DNA of 64,000 nucleotides from Candidatus Omnitrophota bacterium (GCA_043732705.1 JAYTHE010000026.1:12136-76135); one strand, 5' to 3'. Positions 8,797 through 19,167 are shown, numbered from the stretch's first letter. Notes: generated from the sequence alone by a model not told the origin. Numbers and translations: made by a program.

Positions 8797-11700
8797 ATGG
8801 CATTAGCCGAATTTGCGGTCAAAAGAAAAGTAGCCATGGTCATGGCCACTTCCGCGCTGGTTCTTCTCGGCGTGATTTCCGCCACTATTCTTCCTCAAGA
8901 ATACTTTCCAAAAATTCAATTCCCGCAAATTACGATCGTAACCGATTATTCGAATGCCGCGCCGGAAGAAATTGAAACTCTGATTACGCGCCCGATTGAA
9001 GAAACTATTGGTTCTGTTTCGGGAATTAAGCGCATTGAGTCGGTTTCACGCGAAGGCCGGTCGACGATTACGGCCGCGTTTAATTGGGGGCAAAATATTG
9101 ATTTTGCCGCTTTGGGAATCCGTGAAAAAATTGATTTGATTAAAGAGCGCCTTCCTAAAGAGGCGGATGACCCAATCGTTCTGAAGTTTGATCCGCTCGC
9201 GACTCCAATTATGTTGATTTCCATCACGGGACCGAAGCTTGAGGCGGTACGCCTTAAGCATCTTGCTGAAAAAATGCTGAAAGATCGCCTTGAGAAAGTG
9301 GATGGCGTGGCTTCCGCGAGTATGTCGGGCGGCGTGAACCGCGAAATCTTGGTGAATATTGATCATGCGCGCCTGGAAGCCAACCATTTGTCCTTGACGG
9401 AAGTGACCAGTGCTTTGGATGAGGCCAATATTTCTTATCCTGCAGGAAGCATCAAAAAGGGTCTTTACGAATATCTTATCCGCACCATGGGTGAGTTTAA
9501 AACTATTCAGGAAATTTCAACCACGGTGGTGGGAACGGATGCCGTCCAAAATATGCGGCGCGATGACAACTCATTTATTGAAAAAAGCGAAGACGGACCG
9601 CGCGATACAATTGAGCGTTTACGCGAAGAACTGGACAAAGGGACATTAGAAAAACGTCTCATTTTTGTGCGCGATATCGGAAATGTCGAAGATGGACTTG
9701 CGGAAACGACCAGCTTTTCGCGCTACAACACACACGACAACATTCAGCTCTCGATTCAAAAGCAATCCAATGCAAATACGATTCAAGTCGTAAACCGCCT
9801 TAAAAAAGAATTGGGCAGCTTGGAAAAAGAGTTAAAGGGGCATGGAATCGAGTTCAAAGTTATTTATGATCACTCCGTTTATATCCATCAGACTTTAAAA
9901 GATTTATGCGAAGCTTCAATGGAAGCCGGAGTACTGATTTTTATTATCCTTTTAATTTTCTTGAAAGATTGGGTTGCGTGCGTTGTCGCTGTTTTAAATA
10001 TTCCGCTGAGTATTCTCGGCGTTTTCTTTATGATGACGCTCACAAAATATTTGCCGTTCATGGGCGAAGTTACGATCAATATTATGTCCTTGGGCGGTTT
10101 GACGCTTGCCATCGGGTTGATCGTGGATGACAGTGTTGTTGTTATTGAAAATATTTTCAGGAAACGCCAGCAGGGTATGGATCCAGAACAGGCGGCGATT
10201 GAGGGAACAAACGAGGTTACTTGGCCCGTAGTCGGCTCAAAAATGACTATCATCGTTGTTTTTTTTCCGATGATTGTTTTTGTTCCCGGTATTCCGGGGC
10301 AGATGTTTAAAGATTTGTCATGGGCAATTGTTTTTTCACAGCTGATCGCGCTTATTTTGCCGTTGACCGTCATTGCTATGGTTTGTGTTTACCTGAAGGT
10401 TAAGCAAGAAGGTTATCATCCCTTATCGATCACGGGAAATTTAGATCAGCATATTATTTCCATGCCCGAACCTGAGCAGCAAAATAAATTGATGCTTAAA
10501 ATGCTGATGTGGGCCGGCCTTTTTATGGCATTGAGTTTGTTGATCGTTCCGACATTGGATAAAGAAGTTTTGCCGCATGTAGACCGTGGCCAGTTTTATG
10601 TTAAGTTGGGAATGCCGATCGGAACTCAGCTTGAAGTCACCGATCAAGTGAGTCGTCAAATTGAAGGTGTACTCGAATCTGAAAATTCCGTGCAAGACGT
10701 CGCGGTGGCGGTAGGCAGTGAAAAATCAGGCAAAGGTGAAATTAAAATTGAAGCCTTACGTCCTTCTCAAGCCCAGATATTAGTTACATTAAAAAAGAAA
10801 CGCAAACAAAGTTCGTCGCAGGTGATTGATTCCGTGCGTGAGAAACTTGCCGCGCTTGAGCTCGACAGAAAGAGCGCACATATTGAATTTATTCAGCAGG
10901 AAAGTGAATTCGCGATTGCTCAAGGAGGTGTTAAGCCGATCGTGGTTGAGATTCAGGGTTATGACCTGACGAAGCTTGAAGCTTTTGCTGACCGTCTTCG
11001 TCAAAAACTCAGTAATATTCCCGGTGTGATTCATTTGTCCGATGACCGCGGTGAAAAATCTCCCGAAACTAAATTGGATATTAATAAAAAACGCGCCGCG
11101 CTTTATGGGATTTCGGCATTGGATATTTCGCTCACGGCAAAAACTGCGATTGAGGGTGCGGTGGCGACGCAGTTCCGCGAAGAGGGACGTGAAATTGATG
11201 TGCGCGTTCGGTTGCGCGAGCAAGACCGCGATAAAATTGAAAACATCGAAAATCTTTTACTTTACTCCAAAGTGTTGGATCAGCATATCCCGATGAAGGA
11301 ATTGGCTTCGATTGACCGCGGGACAGGGCCGAGTGAAATTCGCCGTATTGACCAAGAACGCACCATCACGATTTCCGGCGAAATTGACAAAGGCCAGCGC
11401 GATAAAGACGTCCTTCAGGCGGTTCAACGTATGTTGGCACAGCTTCAGCCCGGGGTGGATATTCCTCCCGACACAGCCGTGGCGCTTTCCGGAAAATTAA
11501 AAGAAATTCGTGAGAGCTTTGGCGGAACTATGTTTGCGTTTATTCTCGCCATTCTTCTCGTTTACATGGTTATGGCGGCGGAGTTCGAATCCATTTTGCA
11601 GCCGCTTTTGATTATGTTCACGATCCCGTTTTCATTTTGCGGAGCGTTGATTTTTCTTAAAATTTCCGGCGGAACACTGAATGTGATCTCACTATTGGGG

Positions 11701-12081
11701 TTTGTGTTGTTGGGTGGAGTTGTTGTTAATAATGGTATTGTTTTGATTGAATACATGAATCAACGCCGGCAAGAAGGTGAAGAATTGGTTTCGGCGGTAT
11801 GGAATGCCACACGGATTCGTACACGGCCTGTTTTAATGACTGCCATCGCGAACATCGTCAGCATGGTTCCTGTTATTTTTGGTTCGGATATTTTAAGACC
11901 GATGGCGGTGACCGTCATGGGCGGAATGTTTTCTTCGACTATTTTGACTCTTGTTCTTTTGCCTTGTCTTTATATTTTGATGGTGCGTTATATCGAAGAG
12001 CCTTATTTTGGAGCGGATGACCGGGAAAGTGAAATGATTGCTCCTGTGACGCCGCCCATCGATGGGGAACCCGAAGCTTAG
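8797..12081 (+). CDS. RND family efflux permease (AcrB/MdtB-like)
   Basis: 1094 aa with 12-TM topology and two large periplasmic loops. Typical AcrB N-terminus (FAVKRKVAMVMATSALVLLG ... PQI-TIVT-YS-A). Confidence 0.9.
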   Translation: MALAEFAVKRKVAMVMATSALVLLGVISATILPQEYFPKIQFPQITIVTDYSNAAPEEIETLITRPIEETIGSVSGIKRIESVSREGRSTITAAFNWGQNIDFAALGIREKIDLIKERLPKEADDPIVLKFDPLATPIMLISITGPKLEAVRLKHLAEKMLKDRLEKVDGVASASMSGGVNREILVNIDHARLEANHLSLTEVTSALDEANISYPAGSIKKGLYEYLIRTMGEFKTIQEISTTVVGTDAVQNMRRDDNSFIEKSEDGPRDTIERLREELDKGTLEKRLIFVRDIGNVEDGLAETTSFSRYNTHDNIQLSIQKQSNANTIQVVNRLKKELGSLEKELKGHGIEFKVIYDHSVYIHQTLKDLCEASMEAGVLIFIILLIFLKDWVACVVAVLNIPLSILGVFFMMTLTKYLPFMGEVTINIMSLGGLTLAIGLIVDDSVVVIENIFRKRQQGMDPEQAAIEGTNEVTWPVVGSKMTIIVVFFPMIVFVPGIPGQMFKDLSWAIVFSQLIALILPLTVIAMVCVYLKVKQEGYHPLSITGNLDQHIISMPEPEQQNKLMLKMLMWAGLFMALSLLIVPTLDKEVLPHVDRGQFYVKLGMPIGTQLEVTDQVSRQIEGVLESENSVQDVAVAVGSEKSGKGEIKIEALRPSQAQILVTLKKKRKQSSSQVIDSVREKLAALELDRKSAHIEFIQQESEFAIAQGGVKPIVVEIQGYDLTKLEAFADRLRQKLSNIPGVIHLSDDRGEKSPETKLDINKKRAALYGISALDISLTAKTAIEGAVATQFREEGREIDVRVRLREQDRDKIENIENLLLYSKVLDQHIPMKELASIDRGTGPSEIRRIDQERTITISGEIDKGQRDKDVLQAVQRMLAQLQPGVDIPPDTAVALSGKLKEIRESFGGTMFAFILAILLVYMVMAAEFESILQPLLIMFTIPFSFCGALIFLKISGGTLNVISLLGFVLLGGVVVNNGIVLIEYMNQRRQEGEELVSAVWNATRIRTRPVLMTAIANIVSMVPVIFGSDILRPMAVTVMGGMFSSTILTLVLLPCLYILMVRYIEEPYFGADDRESEMIAPVTPPIDGEPEA

Positions 12082-12083
12082 GT

Positions 12084-15000
12084 ATGGGCTTACCCTCGCT
12101 CGCCATTAAACGTCCGATCTCGACGATGATGTTTTACATCGCGCTTTGTATTTTTGGTGTAATCTCCCTTTTTGCTCTGGAAGTTGAGCTTTATCAAGGC
12201 CAAAACCAAAGCATTATTAGTATCGTGATCCGCGCTCGCGGCGGTTTGCCTGCCACCGAAGTTGAAAAAATGATCACCAAGCCCACCGAAGAAGCCGTGG
12301 CAACGGTCACCGGTATTCACACACTTTATTCCAATTCGCGGGAAGCTGAGTCGCGTGTGACGATGGAGTTTGAACCCGGCACCAATATGAAGTTCGCGGC
12401 ACTTGAAATTCGTGAAAAATTCGCACGTGTCAGGCCGCTTCTTCCCAAAGAAATTGAAAAGCCTGTGATCGCTAATTATGATGACGCGCAGGCGGCGATT
12501 CTTATTTTTGCGGTGACATCAGACCGATATTCCACCGAAGACATTCGTGAAAAAGTAGATAACGAATTAAAGCCTATTTTGAGTCGCGTAGATGGCGTCG
12601 CCAGCGTGGAAGTTTATGGCGGCCGCGAACGCAAAATTATGATCGAGCTCGATCGCGACAAAATGATGGAGTACAACATTCCGATCGAGCGCGTGATGGA
12701 TATTCTCGGGCAAAGTAATGTTAACCTTCTCGCCGGAAGCGTTAAAACAGGGAAGCTGCAGCTTGCGATCCGCAGTATGGGCGCGTTCAACAGCGTAAGT
12801 GAAATCGCGGAAACCGGTATTAAAGCGACGCGTCAGGGAACTATCATTCCGCTCAAAGAAATTGCCACGGTTAAAGACGCGTACATGGAAGCCAGCAATC
12901 ACGCGCGTTTAAATCTGGAACAGAACGTTACGGTTTATATTAAAAAAGAAAGTTTGGCGAATACCATTTCCGTTGTTAAAGCTGCGCATGCCGCCGTGAA
13001 TCAATATGAAAAAAATTATAAAGGCGAATTCCGCGTCATTACCGTGAATGACCGCGCGGATACGATCGCAAACGCAATCGGAACGGTTTCGGGCGAGCTT
13101 TTCATGGGATTAATTCTCACGGTTTATACGATTTGTGTTTTTTTAAAGCGGACAAAATCTATTTTTGTTTCTTTTCTGGGGATACCCGTCGCGGCATTTT
13201 ATTATTTTACCTTCGCGAAAATTTTCCATGATCCAAATAATCTTTTTGATTTGACGATTTTCTTTATGATGGTCGCGACGCTTGTCGGAATGTATTTAGA
13301 TCGCGCGATCGTGGCTTTTATTGTTGTTTTGACAATTCCGGTTTCATTAATGATTACTTTTATTTTTATGGAAGCTTGTAATATCAGCATTAATGTCATG
13401 ACTTTAACGGGACTTGCGCTTGCGATGGGTAATCTCGTGGACAGCGCGATTGTGGTTACGGAGTCTGTTTTGGCCAAAAAGGAAGAGGGTAAAACAGACT
13501 TTGCGGCGATTCATGAAGGCGCGGAGGAAGTTTGGCTGCCGCTTTTGACCTCTCTCGCGACCACCTTAATTGTTTTCTTGCCCATTTTGTTTATTGATAA
13601 ACGCGTTCAAATTATGTACAGCGGCCTGGCTTTTACCGTAAGTTTTTCCCTCATCTCTTCCTTCTTTGTTGCGTTGATGCTTGCTCCGATGATGTTTTCG
13701 CAGTTTGCGCGCGGGAAATTAATGATTGAAAAAGTTCATCATCGCACCATTTTAGACCGGTTTTGCGACTGGTATCACGGCTTTATGAAAGGCATTTTAG
13801 ACGGCACGGCTTTTAAACGCGGAGTGATATTACTTGTTTTTGCGGCGGTGGCTGTGACGGGCACCACGCTTCTCTTTAAGAAGAGCATCGATTGGCCTTC
13901 CACTTATGAAGAAAATGAATTCGCCGTTATTTCCTTTCCGCTCGCAGGCGCCAAACTGGAAACCAATGACGAGGCCATGAAGAAAATTGAACAAATTCTG
14001 AATAAAATTCCTGATGTTCAAATCTTTTCGTCCACGATCAGCAAAGATGATTTGCGAATTTTTGTGCGTCTCAAGCCAAAGAATCAAAGAAAGTATTCCA
14101 AGAGTGAGATCATGAAAATGATCGATGAGCAGGGAAATGCCGCGATTAAAGAAATTCATAATGACTTTAGTTTGATTGTCGATGAAGGCTCGGGTTCATC
14201 GGAGCAAAAGAAAATGGTGATCGAAATATTTGGCTATGACAATGATGAGTTGGAAAAGCTGGCCAAGCAATTCGCTCAGAAGGTCCGCGATGTTCCCGGA
14301 ATTTCTAATATCGTGATGACCGACCTGCGCAAACGTCCAGAGTATTCGATCAAAGTTGACCGCCGCGCCGCGTTATATGGGCTCAGTGTTAAAAAAGTGG
14401 CAGACTCTTTGCATGCGCAAATTCGTGGAATGCGACCGACCGAATTTCATGAGCTTGCCAAAGGGGAACGCATCGAAATGATCACGCGGCTGCAGCCGAT
14501 TTACAGGCAAAAAATTGACGATTTGAAGCTGGTGCCGATAGGAACTGATTTAGGCGTTCAAATTCCATTGCAGGAAATTGCTAACTTTTACCCGACTGTG
14601 GGGCCGCAGACAATTGACCGTAAAAATAAATATCGCTACGTGTTTGTTAAATGCGATATCAAGCGCCCGGTTGAAGATATTGCCAAGGATATAGACAAAG
14701 TTCTCACTGGTATCAAAATGCCGGATGATTATTTTTGGCGATTTGGCGGAGGTTACGAAGATTTGTTGGCAAGTAAGTCACAGCTTTTTGTAGCGGTCCT
14801 CATCACAGTCTTCCTGGTTTACATGGTCATGGCATGCTTGTTTCAAGATTTTCTTTCGCCGCTTTTAATCATGGTGACGGTTCCGATGGCATTAATTGGC
14901 GTTTGGATCGCGTTGGATTGGCCCAATTTTATCCGTTGGCCGCTCATGCTTTTGGGCCTGCCGGTTGAGAAGTGGACGTGGCTACCTCAAGCCAAACCGT

Positions 15001-15752
15001 TGAGTCAGCAAGTTTTGATCGGTATTGTCATGTTGGGCGGATATGTCGTCACGGCAGCGATTATTATGACGGATTACTATAAATCCCTTTTGGCGGATGG
15101 AATGGAAATGAAAGAGGCTTTGGTTGAATCCGTTGTGGACCGGTTCAGGCCGATTTTAATGACAACGATGACGACAGTTTTGGGTTTTGCGCCCATGGCT
15201 TTTTCAATCGGAACAACCAGTGATCTATGGGCGCCGATGGCGGTAACCGGAATCGGCGGAATGATCATGGGGACGGTTTTGACACTTTTTGTTTTGCCGA
15301 TTTTGATTTATTTTATAGCGGAGGAAAGGAGAGTTGTGGCGGGAATAATTGATTTAATCGTCATCCCTATCCTCTATGGTTTTCTATTAGCGCTTGTTAT
15401 TAAGCCCTGGGAAAGCGGCCCTAACAAGATCTATTGGTTGATTGTATGGAATTTAATGAACTCGATGTTGCCTGTCATACGCGACATGTTTTTTTCACCT
15501 GGCCGGACAGCGATGAAATTAAAATTAATTAGTTTAAAATCCGAAAAGGTCTCCCTGCTTCAGGTGGTTCGGCGTAATGCGCTCTTGATGATTCCGGGTG
15601 TTTCGCTTGCCGGTTGTCTATTTGAATTTATTATGATCATCAAGAAGGGCCATCGTTTTGAGGATGCCTGGGCCCAAACACAAATTGTGGACCACGAGCT
15701 TGAATTTAAAAGTAGAAAGATAGATGTTGGACTTCTCGCGCCTGGACAATAG
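12084..15752 (+). CDS. Second RND efflux permease (MdtC-like partner) with ~150-aa C-terminal RDD-like membrane extension
   Basis: The AcrB-like N-terminus (LAIKRPISTMMFYIALCIFG ...) follows directly after the previous permease, suggesting a heteromeric pair. The extra C-terminal region from about 15318 to the end carries an RDD-like motif (GRTAMKLKLISLKSEKVSLLQVVRRNALLMIPG). Confidence 0.8.
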   Translation: MGLPSLAIKRPISTMMFYIALCIFGVISLFALEVELYQGQNQSIISIVIRARGGLPATEVEKMITKPTEEAVATVTGIHTLYSNSREAESRVTMEFEPGTNMKFAALEIREKFARVRPLLPKEIEKPVIANYDDAQAAILIFAVTSDRYSTEDIREKVDNELKPILSRVDGVASVEVYGGRERKIMIELDRDKMMEYNIPIERVMDILGQSNVNLLAGSVKTGKLQLAIRSMGAFNSVSEIAETGIKATRQGTIIPLKEIATVKDAYMEASNHARLNLEQNVTVYIKKESLANTISVVKAAHAAVNQYEKNYKGEFRVITVNDRADTIANAIGTVSGELFMGLILTVYTICVFLKRTKSIFVSFLGIPVAAFYYFTFAKIFHDPNNLFDLTIFFMMVATLVGMYLDRAIVAFIVVLTIPVSLMITFIFMEACNISINVMTLTGLALAMGNLVDSAIVVTESVLAKKEEGKTDFAAIHEGAEEVWLPLLTSLATTLIVFLPILFIDKRVQIMYSGLAFTVSFSLISSFFVALMLAPMMFSQFARGKLMIEKVHHRTILDRFCDWYHGFMKGILDGTAFKRGVILLVFAAVAVTGTTLLFKKSIDWPSTYEENEFAVISFPLAGAKLETNDEAMKKIEQILNKIPDVQIFSSTISKDDLRIFVRLKPKNQRKYSKSEIMKMIDEQGNAAIKEIHNDFSLIVDEGSGSSEQKKMVIEIFGYDNDELEKLAKQFAQKVRDVPGISNIVMTDLRKRPEYSIKVDRRAALYGLSVKKVADSLHAQIRGMRPTEFHELAKGERIEMITRLQPIYRQKIDDLKLVPIGTDLGVQIPLQEIANFYPTVGPQTIDRKNKYRYVFVKCDIKRPVEDIAKDIDKVLTGIKMPDDYFWRFGGGYEDLLASKSQLFVAVLITVFLVYMVMACLFQDFLSPLLIMVTVPMALIGVWIALDWPNFIRWPLMLLGLPVEKWTWLPQAKPLSQQVLIGIVMLGGYVVTAAIIMTDYYKSLLADGMEMKEALVESVVDRFRPILMTTMTTVLGFAPMAFSIGTTSDLWAPMAVTGIGGMIMGTVLTLFVLPILIYFIAEERRVVAGIIDLIVIPILYGFLLALVIKPWESGPNKIYWLIVWNLMNSMLPVIRDMFFSPGRTAMKLKLISLKSEKVSLLQVVRRNALLMIPGVSLAGCLFEFIMIIKKGHRFEDAWAQTQIVDHELEFKSRKIDVGLLAPGQ

Positions 15753-15792
15753 TTTTAATTTAATAATTTTGATTTTCCGATAAGGAGGAATT

Positions 15793-16350
15793 ATGCAACA
15801 GCAACCGACCCGTAATTATCAACGTAAGGCGATGAATCTTTTTATTCACAAGGAGATGCAGCGCGAGTTTTCATTCGTGCTCATCGCGCTTTTGATCGTG
15901 TCGTCATTTTGCGTGGCGCTCACGATTCACTACACCATTCAACATGCCGCGTTTGGAGACCAGGCGCTGCAGTTTGGAAAAGTCAATCCTTACGAAGTGA
16001 TTGCTCAGGTGAGTTATCAAATCGTAATGCGCGTGACGGTGATTTTGATTTTGACGCTCTTTGTTGTAGCGGCATATGGCATTAAATTCTTGCATCGCGT
16101 TGCAGGCCCGATTTATCGTTGCCGCAAAACTTTAATTTTATTGAATCAGGGTAAAATCCCGGATCATATTCGTGTGCGCTCGGGGGATTTTTTTGATGAA
16201 GTGGCGGAAGAAATTAATCGTCAAACTGATTTGTGGATCGCTGAAAGCCAACGCAAAGAGGAGCTAGCCCGCCAAATTACGGATTTATCCGGTTCGATTA
16301 CGTCGTCCGATGTGAAAACAAAGGTTGAAGCGCTTAAGCAGTGGATTTAA
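15793..16350 (+). CDS. Hypothetical membrane protein (two TM segments)
   Basis: Strong RBS AAGGAGG 6 nt upstream of ATG 15793. Two hydrophobic helices. No recognised catalytic motif. Confidence 0.5.
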   Translation: MQQQPTRNYQRKAMNLFIHKEMQREFSFVLIALLIVSSFCVALTIHYTIQHAAFGDQALQFGKVNPYEVIAQVSYQIVMRVTVILILTLFVVAAYGIKFLHRVAGPIYRCRKTLILLNQGKIPDHIRVRSGDFFDEVAEEINRQTDLWIAESQRKEELARQITDLSGSITSSDVKTKVEALKQWI

Positions 16351-16355
16351 ACATT

Positions 16356-16429
16356 CCATCCTACCTCCCGGTAGTAGGAAAGACTCCTGCTGCCGGGAGG
16401 TAGGATGGGTTGGTGTAATGATTTTTTGC
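16356..16429 (+). terminator. Strong hairpin (16-bp perfect stem CCATCCTACCTCCCGG / CCGGGAGGTAGGATGG) downstream of 15793..16350; terminator-like
   Basis: The inverted repeat 16356-16371 / 16393-16408 is read directly. The T-run at 16424-16429 lies 15 nt downstream and the loop is 21 nt, so this is an atypical intrinsic terminator. Confidence 0.4.
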
Positions 16430-16561
16430 TCGGTGTTAACCTCTTTCTAAAGCCCTAAAATTATTCCATCCCTTTTAGGCATAATCACTTACGTTATATC
16501 CCAGCGTCATTATGCTTCATAGTGCTATGTAGTGCTTTGAATAGATTGATATAGATATGAT

Positions 16562-17026
16562 TTGATGTTAGACTTCTTAAGCGGAGAAGTGTCTATGTAT
16601 GGATTAGCCATTGCAGAAAATAAACACATTGGGGAAAGCGGATTCACTTTCATCGAGCTCATGATTGCGATGGTAGTGGCTTCGCTGACCATTCTCTTTT
16701 GTGTTACGGGTCAAAACGTTCTTCAGGTTAACGCTGAATCAGCTTATGAGCGTAAAGTTGCAGCTCAAGATGCGCATCGGTTTCTTGAACAAATGCGTCT
16801 TACAGCAAAGACGGGAACATTTCCTGCAAATGTTAGTACAACTTCGTTTCCGGCGGGCTCAATTTCCGGTTATACCAGTATGCCTTCATCATCTACTGAA
16901 ACGATGTCAGTTGCTTATGCTAGCGCGGCGGCTGATCCGTTGGATGTGACGGTAACAGTTTCTTGGACGGGAAATAATGGACACAGCGCGAGCCAAACGG
17001 TTCGAACCATGGTTACGGCAAGGTGA
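16562..17026 (+). CDS. Pseudopilin (prepilin N-terminal methylation domain)
   Basis: Motif GESG|FTFIELMIAMVVASL with Glu at +5. The start is uncertain: ATG 16562 or ATG 16592. Confidence 0.65.
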   Translation: MMLDFLSGEVSMYGLAIAENKHIGESGFTFIELMIAMVVASLTILFCVTGQNVLQVNAESAYERKVAAQDAHRFLEQMRLTAKTGTFPANVSTTSFPAGSISGYTSMPSSSTETMSVAYASAAADPLDVTVTVSWTGNNGHSASQTVRTMVTAR

Positions 17027-17030
17027 AATT

Positions 17031-17567
17031 ATGAAAATCTTAAAAAATCAAAAAGGGTTTTCATTGCTGGAAATTATGGTGGCTTCACTTCTTGCGAGCT
17101 TCGTGATTGGGGCCCTTTTCGCGTCAGTGCGTGCTTATGATGCCAATGGAGATTTATTTTATACGAAGACAAGTATGGAAGAGCAGGGTATGCGTGCCTT
17201 GCAGAAAATGGAGTTGGAGTTGCGTGAAACAGCGCCAAGCAGAATCTCTCTTGGCTCAGGCGGAAGTTCGATTACGTTTTCAGTTCCGAGCGAATCCTCC
17301 CCCACTACGGCAGGAACCTATGCGGTGGATTGGACCAATGCCCATTCCATTACTTATTCTGTTTCAGGAACACAACTGATTCGAACCGATGCTAACGCCG
17401 TAACAGACACAACGACGCGAAAATTAAGTAATTTTGTAAGCAGCGTTGTCTTTGCTGTCCCCAGTTCTGGTGTCGTAACAATTACTTTGAATTTATCTCA
17501 AACTTTAAAAAATACACGAACTCTAACTAAAACATTAACGGCAACGGCCCAATTGAGGAACCCGTGA
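17031..17567 (+). CDS. Pseudopilin (prepilin N-terminal methylation domain)
   Basis: MKILKNQKG|FSLLEIMVASLL. RBS AAGGTGA. The start overlaps the previous stop. The ORF table shows a longer upstream extension. Confidence 0.7.
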   Translation: MKILKNQKGFSLLEIMVASLLASFVIGALFASVRAYDANGDLFYTKTSMEEQGMRALQKMELELRETAPSRISLGSGGSSITFSVPSESSPTTAGTYAVDWTNAHSITYSVSGTQLIRTDANAVTDTTTRKLSNFVSSVVFAVPSSGVVTITLNLSQTLKNTRTLTKTLTATAQLRNP

Positions 17568-18760
17568 AATTTCAAAAAGAAATTTGTGACTGTTTCAAGG
17601 TAAATGTTTTCTCTGGGCAAAAAGGTTACGTTTTAATTACGACCTATATTCTCATGGCCGTCCTTTCTGTTACAACGCTGGCTTCAATGCGCAGAACCTA
17701 TATTTATACACGCGATGCTGAGCGCCAAAAAAATGCAATTATTGCTTCCGAGATGGCGGAGGGAGCTATCGATAAGGCGATTACACAGTTGGCAGCAAGC
17801 AGCAGTTACACGGGAACGAGTTATCAAGATTTTTCAAGCGGTAGTGCACAGGGTGGTTATTCTATTACAGTGACGACTCCGGCATCTAACATTCGTCAAA
17901 TTGCGGTCACAGGTTATGCTCCGGGAAGTACTGCAACTGCGATTGGCTATAAGACGGCGAGCTCGAATACTTATGTGAGCCTTCCTTCCTCAGGCACTTT
18001 TACTAATGCTGTTTTTTCCAAGACAACTCTCAGTATTAATGGAAATCCTACGATTGATAGTTATATTTCAAGTAGTGGGGCTTATGCTGCAGGTTCGGCT
18101 CGAAGCAATGCTAATGTGGGCTCAAACACAACAGCTGTTGGTGGGATTAGCTTGACGGGAAGTGCAATTACAATCCAAGGGGCCGTCCAATATGGTTCAG
18201 GAGGGACAAGTTCGGTTGTTGACACGAGTGGTCATCCCACAATTACGGGGGGTACGCCTACTGCGCAGACCACCAATAAATCTTTTACAAACCCTACTAC
18301 AAGCACGGTGTCTTCTGGTGCGCTTTCAGTTAGTAGAGGAACCACAACACTTGCGGCAGGAACTTACAACTACTCGTCGCTTTCGGTGAGTGCTAGCGGT
18401 TCTTTGGCGACATCTGGCGCAGTAACTATTTATGTTAGCGGCACGGTTGATCTTGGCGGAGGCGGTATCGCGGGAGCAAGCAGTATTCCCGCCAATTTAA
18501 AAATATATGTTACAGGTACTTCGGCTGTGAGTGTAAGCGGTAACAGTTCTATGATAGGAGTGATTTATGCGCCGCGTTCGAGTGTTGACTTGGGTGGGAC
18601 GGGGGGCATTTACGGTGCTGTCGTAGGAAATGCTGTAACTGTTTCAGGCAATGGAAAGATTCACTATGATGAAGATTTGGCGAGCATTGGAGCTTCAACG
18701 GGTGGAGATCCGACCGTTTTAACTTATATTCAAACTGGCAATGGGTCGTGGACAGCTTGA
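17564..18760 (+). CDS. PilX-like minor pilin / pilus-associated large Ser/Thr/Gly-rich protein
   Basis: N-terminus QKG|YVLITTYILMAVL is PilX-like and lacks Glu at +5. Followed by ~300 aa of S/T/G-rich beta-helix-like sequence. The C-terminal motif (IYAPRSSVDLGGTGGIYGAVVGNAVTVSGNGKIHYDEDL) is seen in PilX-neighbour proteins. 4-bp overlap with the upstream pilin gene. Confidence 0.55.
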   Translation: MKFQKEICDCFKVNVFSGQKGYVLITTYILMAVLSVTTLASMRRTYIYTRDAERQKNAIIASEMAEGAIDKAITQLAASSSYTGTSYQDFSSGSAQGGYSITVTTPASNIRQIAVTGYAPGSTATAIGYKTASSNTYVSLPSSGTFTNAVFSKTTLSINGNPTIDSYISSSGAYAAGSARSNANVGSNTTAVGGISLTGSAITIQGAVQYGSGGTSSVVDTSGHPTITGGTPTAQTTNKSFTNPTTSTVSSGALSVSRGTTTLAAGTYNYSSLSVSASGSLATSGAVTIYVSGTVDLGGGGIAGASSIPANLKIYVTGTSAVSVSGNSSMIGVIYAPRSSVDLGGTGGIYGAVVGNAVTVSGNGKIHYDEDLASIGASTGGDPTVLTYIQTGNGSWTA

Positions 18761-18813
18761 TGAGTCGCGTAAGTGTAGTTAAAAATAAAATAAATGAAAC
18801 AGGAGGATTGGAT

Positions 18814-19140
18814 ATGAAAAGTAAACAAAGCGCAAAAATGGTTCCCGTGGCATGGCTTGTTTTATTGGCTATGATTTTCGCACCAGCTTTCTTGAGTGCT
18901 ACTGCATGGGCTGATGAAGCAAATGATGCGGTTGCAGGCTGCCAAGCTGTGGCAGTTGATCCGGCTGCATCATTCGAGTATCAACAAGCTGTTTGTCGTG
19001 CAGCTGAAGGAAACGCTTCTTCGAGCTGTGCAGCTAGCGGTCATGGCATGTGCTCGTCTCCCAAGATGAATGACACTATGGTGGATGGCACCAACTGTAT
19101 TTGCTTGGCTGATGCTCCGGCAGAAACTCCGGCACCTTAA
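18814..19140 (+). CDS. Small secreted cysteine-rich protein (6 Cys)
   Basis: GGAGG 9 nt upstream of ATG 18814. Signal peptide MKSKQSAKMVPVAWLVLLAMIFAPAFLSATAWA. Six cysteines in the mature ~80 aa. Confidence 0.5.
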   Translation: MKSKQSAKMVPVAWLVLLAMIFAPAFLSATAWADEANDAVAGCQAVAVDPAASFEYQQAVCRAAEGNASSSCAASGHGMCSSPKMNDTMVDGTNCICLADAPAETPAP

Positions 19141-19167
19141 AAGTATTTTATAAGGTCGCTCTGTTCT

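Noticed and set aside
16537-16561. Sigma70 -35/-10 promoter (TTGAAT ... TATGAT) upstream of the pilin cluster
   Set aside because: Spacing between the hexamers is only ~13 nt. Not reported as a feature.
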